Source: Candidatus Baldrarchaeum yapensis (GTDB lineage Archaea; Asgardarchaeota; Baldrarchaeia; Baldrarchaeales; Baldrarchaeaceae). Taken from it: a stretch of DNA of 11,921 nucleotides. The stretch is from the NCBI GenBank assembly GCA_016840465.1, contig JAEOSH010000060.1, positions 1 to 11,921 on the forward strand, read 5' to 3'. Below the pieces are notes generated by a model. That model had not been told where the DNA came from and did no database searches. It saw only the letters and a list, made by a program, of their open reading frames with translations. Shown here piece after piece: positions 7,418-11,921 of the stretch (positions are counted from its first letter, which is position 1; each line of letters starts with the position of its first letter). Both the position numbers and the translations under genes were made by a program.

Positions 7418-7873
7418 GTGGAGCCTCCACTTCCCATTGTCAGATCGCCGACACATAGAAGGAAAATGAGGTTTGGGAAGGGCTTTAGCATTGGGGAATT
7501 GAAGGCTGTGGGGCTAACGGCGGGTGAGGCTCAAAATTTAGGTATTTACGTTGACAAGCGTAGGAAGAGCGTGAGAGAGGAGAACATTGAGAGATTAAAG
7601 AAGTACCTGGAGGAGATAGGATGGGAGCCCGGAAAGTCAAAGTACCCGAAGGTCAGCAAGGAGGTCGTGGAGGAGCTGATGAAGGTTGAAGGCGTCAACA
7701 TCCATGTAGCAAGGATACTCGCGAAGAAGGGAGGGATCTCATCGATAAAGGAACTTGCGGAGAGCGATATTGACGAACTTGCGAAGAAGACGGGATATTC
7801 TAAAAGTAGGATCAATAGATGGGTGGAATACGCGAAGAAATTATTAGAATCCATCGCTACCGCAGCACAATAA
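7418..7873 (+). CDS. rpl13e: 50S ribosomal protein L13e (eL13) with a C-terminal helix-hairpin-helix domain
   Basis: The L13e signature RFGKGFSIGELKAVGL...LGIYVDKRRKS..EENIERLK fills aa1-68. aa87-142 read as a tandem HhH (LMKVEGV...ARILAKKGGISSIKELAESDIDELAKKTGYS...INRWVEYAK). GTG start with GGAGG SD. Confidence 0.92.
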   Translation: MEPPLPIVRSPTHRRKMRFGKGFSIGELKAVGLTAGEAQNLGIYVDKRRKSVREENIERLKKYLEEIGWEPGKSKYPKVSKEVVEELMKVEGVNIHVARILAKKGGISSIKELAESDIDELAKKTGYSKSRINRWVEYAKKLLESIATAAQ

Positions 7874-7884
7874 TTTTATCCGGC

Positions 7885-7958
7885 TTATGTGGCCCGCCCG
7901 GGAGACCTAGCATCATCGGGCGCCATCGGCCTCTCAGCTAGGCACTATGGGGCGGGCC
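7885..7958 (-). ncRNA. Box H/ACA guide RNA (single hairpin with K-turn); predicted target 23S rRNA U1911 (E. coli numbering)
   Basis: Minus strand reads GGCCCGCCC-CAUAGU-GCCUAGC-UGA-GAGGCCGAUGGCGCCC-GAUGAU-GCUAGGU-CUCCC-GGGCGGGCC-ACA-UAA. This gives a 9-bp lower stem, a bipartite pocket, an upper stem, box D CUGA with box C AUGAUG forming a K-turn, and ACA directly after the stem, 14 nt from the pocket top. A TTTTTAT TATA-like element lies about 25 nt upstream (7983-7989). Confidence 0.85.
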
Positions 7959-8068
7959 TTACAATAAAATGGACACATTAGGATAAAAAGCCTCATTATT
8001 TCGGTAGAATCGAATCCGATCAGATAGAACAGGATCAAAAAATAAGATGGAATTGGTTTAAGAATAAA

Positions 8069-8116
8069 AATTGTAAAAATTGTAGAAGTTGTAATTGTAA
8101 AAATTGTAGAAGTTGT
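8069..8116. repeat. Perfect tandem duplication, 2 x 24 bp (AATTGTAAAAATTGTAGAAGTTGT), in the INO1 terminator region
   Basis: Copies at 8069-8092 and 8093-8116. On the minus strand each copy contains a TTTTT tract downstream of the INO1 stop. Confidence 0.9.
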
Positions 8117-8136
8117 CTAACGTTGGGCGTTTTGTT

Positions 8137-9219
8137 TTATCTTTCGCGCTTACCTGCGATGAACTCCTCGACCCACTGTCGAGCGACGTAGTCTGGGACT
8201 TGGACAGGTGGGTGCTTGAACGCATATGCGGAGATGCTTATCAGGGGTCCGGCGACACCCCTGTCGAGTGCGAGTTTCACAGCTCTGATGACGTCAATCA
8301 TCACGCCACCGCTGTTGGGTCCGTCCTGTACTGTGAGTTTGGCCTCTATGGTTATTGGCATGTCGCCGAACTTTCTACCCTTGATCCAGATATAGCAGAT
8401 CTTTGTGTTTCCGAGGAACGGTATGTAGTCGCTGGGCCCTATCTTTGTTGGCACCTCGTAGGGGATCAGGCTGGTTACGGCCTCGGTTTTGCTGATGCGC
8501 TTTGTCTTTAGTCTTTCCTCGACGGTCATGTTGAGGAAGTCGGTATCACCACCTATGTTGAGCTGGTATGTTTCCTCTACCTTCACACCTCTCTCCACCA
8601 GTAGGTTCACGAGGGTCCTGTGGAGGATGGTCGCACCGACTTGGCTCTTTATGTCATCACCCGCCACTGGGAGGCCGCGCTTTTCGAATTTGAGCGCCCA
8701 CTCCTTGTCGCTCGCAATGAACTCTGGGATAGCGTTTATGAATGCGCATCCCGCCTCTAATGCCGCCTCTGCGTAGTATCTTGATGCGTGATAGCTTCCA
8801 ACAGGGCAGTAGTTTATGAGTACATCTGCATTAACGTCCTTGAGTACGTCTGCGACGTTCACCGGCTCCATTTCCTCGGGGTCATAGACGTTAAACGGCT
8901 CTCTCATGTGTGGCGCAACGCCATCGAGTATGGGCCCTGGAAGCACCTTGACTCCAAGCTTTGGCACGTCTGCGAACTTGGGGACGCAGTTTCTACCGGC
9001 AAATATTGCCTCACTGAGGTCTTTTCCTATTTTTGTCTTGTCGACATCGAACGCCGCGACGAACTCTATGTCTCTGATGTGGTAGCCGCCGAAGTTCACG
9101 TGCATGAGTCCGGGCACGAACTCGTCCTCTTTTGCGTTTTGGTAGTAGTATACACCTTGGATTAGGGCGGAGGCACAGTTACCGACTCCGGCAATAGCTA
9201 CTCTGATCTTACCACCCAT
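8137..9219 (-). CDS. ino1: Myo-inositol-1-phosphate synthase (short archaeal/actinobacterial type, 360 aa)
   Basis: Rossmann motif [14 protein letters not shown] plus [19 protein letters not shown] and DGPNSGG. ATG9219 is preceded by SD GAGGTGA, which favours it over the TTG9237 start. Confidence 0.96.
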   Translation of the reverse strand: MGGKIRVAIAGVGNCASALIQGVYYYQNAKEDEFVPGLMHVNFGGYHIRDIEFVAAFDVDKTKIGKDLSEAIFAGRNCVPKFADVPKLGVKVLPGPILDGVAPHMREPFNVYDPEEMEPVNVADVLKDVNADVLINYCPVGSYHASRYYAEAALEAGCAFINAIPEFIASDKEWALKFEKRGLPVAGDDIKSQVGATILHRTLVNLLVERGVKVEETYQLNIGGDTDFLNMTVEERLKTKRISKTEAVTSLIPYEVPTKIGPSDYIPFLGNTKICYIWIKGRKFGDMPITIEAKLTVQDGPNSGGVMIDVIRAVKLALDRGVAGPLISISAYAFKHPPVQVPDYVARQWVEEFIAGKRER

Positions 9220-9267
9220 ACCATCACCTCTCTCCAATTAGTGTGGGTATTTTATCGCGATCGTATT

Positions 9268-9281
9268 ATTGAAATTTCAAT
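9268..9281. promoter_or_regulatory. 14-bp perfect palindrome ATTGAAATTTCAAT upstream of ino1 (candidate operator)
   Basis: Self-complementary sequence about 50 nt upstream of the ino1 start. Function is inferred. Confidence 0.4.
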
Positions 9282-9544
9282 TTGGAGGCGGGAGCCCCAC
9301 GGGCTTTTCTCGTCTCTCGTTATTTTATATAGGTAAAACCTGACTGTCGCCATATTCTGTTAACGCTAAGGTTATTTAAATCATTTCTTGATTGAAAAGT
9401 GAGCGGCAGGCTCCTACATGCAATATATTGAAAGAATATGGATATTGCTCATAAAGTGATCGGGATGTTCGAGAAATCGTCAAAATAGCGCAAAATATTG
9501 CTCAGAACTGCCAATAGCATCTAAATGTGCTGATGATTTTAAAA

Positions 9545-9820
9545 TTATCCTGATGGTGTGCTCTGGGCTTGGGACTGCTGGTTTGTGCTTTCTTGGCGCG
9601 TCTGTGTAGCTTGCGGTGTGATTCCCTCCATGCGGAGTCTCTGTTTGACAAGCCTGACTATGTATCCAGCGACCCTGTTTCTGACCTTCTTAGATGGAAC
9701 ATTGGCGTACTTCTCAACGAGGCGTTTATTTGTTTCGAAATCCGTGGTGAAGACGTCAGGGTACCGCCGAACGAGTTCCCGCGCGAGCCTCTTTATGTAG
9801 GCTGGTCTTATTTTCCCCAT
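9545..9820 (-). CDS. rps17e: 30S ribosomal protein S17e (eS17), 91 aa, with a Q/S/T-rich tail
   Basis: Family signature [29 protein letters not shown]...[17 protein letters not shown]9820 is preceded by GGGTGGTG. Confidence 0.97.
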   Translation of the reverse strand: MGKIRPAYIKRLARELVRRYPDVFTTDFETNKRLVEKYANVPSKKVRNRVAGYIVRLVKQRLRMEGITPQATQTRQESTNQQSQAQSTPSG

Positions 9821-9852
9821 GGCACCACCCAAGCAGTGGTATTCTTGTCTGA

Positions 9853-9865
9853 ACTTAAGGTTTTT
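9853..9865 (-). promoter_or_regulatory. Putative BRE-TATA promoter of rps17e
   Basis: Minus strand AAAAAC-CTTAAGT about 33-45 nt upstream of ATG9820. Confidence 0.45.
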
Positions 9866-9971
9866 GATGCGACATCATGAATCATGAACAAACTTGATGC
9901 ATGATGTTACTACAATTGCCACAAAATAAAGGTAAAAACTCCGAGGGTCTTATAACTCTCAGGGGAGACTC

Positions 9972-10247
9972 ATGGAGAAAAGAGTAGTGACCCCGGACAT
10001 GCTGGAGTTCCGGTTATCGAAAGTAAGGGAGTGGATAAAATTCGAGATTTCCGCGGGAGGTCAGGATTTATACGTTGGCTATATAAATCCGATCGTCTTT
10101 AAAGACGAAAAGGAGTTAAGGAGCATTTCGCGGGATATTGCAAAACTGCTAATCGAAGGTAAGGGTTTGCAATTAAATGTCGTTGTAGATGCAAGTTTGG
10201 AGGATCTGGAGGATATAATTCTCGAAAAATTGAAGGAGGGCAGATGA
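9972..10247 (+). CDS. Hypothetical protein, 91 aa, directly upstream of cdc48
   Basis: ATG9972 with SD GGGGAG (9962-9967). Globular-looking charged/hydrophobic composition. The stop TGA10245-10247 is 1 nt before the cdc48 GTG. Confidence 0.8.
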   Translation: MEKRVVTPDMLEFRLSKVREWIKFEISAGGQDLYVGYINPIVFKDEKELRSISRDIAKLLIEGKGLQLNVVVDASLEDLEDIILEKLKEGR

Positions 10248-10248
10248 G

Positions 10249-11902
10249 GTGGCGAAAGAAGTCCGTCTGAGGGTAGCGGAGGCAGCAAAAAGAGATGTCG
10301 GTAAGGGCATTGCTAGAATAGACAGAAGAACCGCCAGGGAACTCGATGTAACCTCGGGAGACGTCATAGAAATAATAGGTAAGAAAAACACCGCGGCGAT
10401 CGTGTGGCCAGCCCGTCCCGAAGATGAAGGCGCAGGTATAATTCGTATTGACGCGATAATCAGAAAGAATGCCGAGGTTGGTCTCGGAGAATATGTTATT
10501 GTGAGAAAGGCTAGCGTCAAAGAGGCAATAAGGGTGAGCCTTGCACCCTCGAGCCGTCTCAGGTTCCGCTTGCCTGAAGATTACGTCAAAAACGTTTTGC
10601 TGAATAGACCGGTCACGAAAGGCGACCTTGTCCAGATACCCACCGTTTATGAACCCATTCCCCTCTTCGTGACTGCAGTGAGCCCACCCGGTATAGTGAT
10701 GGTTACAAACAGGACTGAGATCTTCATAAGCATGGAGCCCGTAGAAGAAGCGATGCTAAGAGTGCCAGAAGTTACATACGATGACATAGGTGACCTCAAA
10801 GAAGAGCTTAGAAAGATACGTGAGATGATAGAACTCCCACTCAAGTACCCCGAACTGTTCAGGCATCTCGGAATAGAGCCTCCCAAGGGAGTCTTATTAT
10901 ACGGTCCACCCGGTTGCGGAAAGACCCTGATTGCCAAAGCAGTTGCAAATGAGGCAGGTGCGCACTTTATCGCGATAAATGGCCCCGAAATTATGAGCAA
11001 GTATTATGGAGAGTCGGAGCAGAGGCTCAGAGAGGTCTTTGAGGAGGCAGAGAAGAAAGCGCCAAGCATAATATTCATAGACGAAATAGATGCAATTGCC
11101 CCCAAGAGAGAGGAGGTTACGGGTGAGGTTGAGCGCAGAGTTGTGGCGCAATTGCTCACGCTCATGGATGGATTGAAGTCAAGGGGCCAGGTTATAGTCA
11201 TCGGGGCGACCAACAGGATAGATGCCGTGGATCCCGCACTTAGGAGACCCGGTAGGTTCGATAGAGAAATCGAGATCGGCGTGCCTGATAAAGAGGGCAG
11301 GAAGGAAATACTGCAGGTCCACACAAGAAATATGCCACTTGCAGATGACGTGAACTTAGACGAACTTGCTGAGATGACACATGGATTTGTTGGTGCAGAC
11401 CTAGCTGCACTTTGTAGAGAGGCGGCCATGAACGCGTTACGAAGAGTGTTACCGGAGATTGACCTAGAGAAGGGAGAACTTCCACCGGAAATATTCCAAA
11501 AACTGAAGGTGACAAGGCAGGACTTCATGGAGGCGTTCAAGTCGATAACCCCAACGGCAATGCGTGAGGTCTTCGTGCAGGTCCCAAACGTGCGATGGGA
11601 CGATATAGGAGATCTGCATGAGGCAAAGAGGCAACTCAGGGAAATGGTAGAGTGGCCTTTAAAGCATCCCGAAGCATTTTCAAGGATGGGAATAGAGCCG
11701 CCTAGGGGAATACTTCTGTTCGGGCCTCCGGGATGTGGAAAGACACTTCTTGCAAAGGCAGCGGCTACTGAGAGCGGGGCGAATTTTATAGCCGTGAGGG
11801 GTCCGGAAATTCTCAGTAAATGGGTCGGGGAGTCTGAAAAGGCCATTAGAAGAATATTCCAGAAGGCGAGACAGGCAGCACCGTGTATAATATTCTTCGA
11901 TG
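10249..11902 (+). CDS. cdc48: CDC48/VCP (VAT) family AAA+ ATPase, 3'-truncated; absent from the ORF track
   Basis: GTG10249 opens a frame ([25 protein letters not shown]...) with no stop to the window end. N-domain, D1 Walker A GPPGCGKT (10903-10926), Walker B IIFIDE (11068-11085), [22 protein letters not shown], and D2 Walker A GPPGCGKT (11722-11745). It breaks inside the D2 Walker B (PCIIFFD). Confidence 0.97.
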
Positions 11903-11921
11903 CTGTCTCTTATACACATCT
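11903..11921 (+). other. Nextera/Tn5 mosaic-end adapter read-through (artefact)
   Basis: Exact 19-mer CTGTCTCTTATACACATCT at the contig end, replacing the expected Walker B Glu codon. Confidence 0.97.

Noticed and set aside
7891-7963. Plus-strand reading of the GC hairpin (also followed by ACA) as an H/ACA RNA, SECIS or rpl13e terminator
   Set aside because: The + strand lacks the GA/GA K-turn and a meaningful pocket. The minus strand satisfies every H/ACA criterion and has an rRNA target.
7874-7988. 8-bp inverted repeat TTTTATCC / GGATAAAA flanking the H/ACA gene (MITE-like ends)
   Set aside because: Short and AT-rich, with no target-site duplication. The two halves are better explained as the rpl13e T-tract and the guide RNA TATA box.
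8066-8116. CRISPR-like array
   Set aside because: The two 24-bp copies are directly adjacent with no spacer, and no cas genes are present.
8113-9880. Plus-strand ORFs 8113-8511, 8489-8776, 8788-9165, 9558-9800 and 9569-9880
   Set aside because: Antisense shadows of ino1 and rps17e.
10173-11919. Minus-strand ORFs 10173-10520, 10647-11000, 10897-11151, 11004-11846, 11240-11515 and 11680-11919
   Set aside because: Antisense shadows of the unambiguous cdc48 frame, with Ser/Ile/Pro-rich non-family translations.

Overview
Archaeal genomic DNA, probably from a thermophile of the TACK/Asgard side. This is inferred from rpl13e, a BHB tRNA intron, GC-rich RNA stems and GAGGTG-type Shine-Dalgarno (SD) sites. 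Left part (1-6700, accessory-looking): a small hydrophobic ORF, then two tandem paralogous ~945-aa alpha-helical repeat proteins of unknown function, then ~630 bp without a clean gene. Right part (core-like): intron-containing tRNA-Glu(UUC); a 142-aa winged-helix/leucine-zipper protein whose ends resemble the eukaryotic recombination mediators Hop2/Mnd1/Swi5; rpl13e fused to an HhH domain; a box H/ACA guide RNA on the minus strand predicted to target 23S rRNA helix 69 (U1911, E. coli numbering); myo-inositol-1-phosphate synthase; rps17e; a 91-aa unknown ORF; and a CDC48/VCP AAA+ ATPase missed by the ORF track. The cdc48 gene is cut at the contig end by a 19-nt Nextera/Tn5 mosaic end, a sequencing artefact. 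All homology calls come from motif reading and recalled family sequences. No searches were run.
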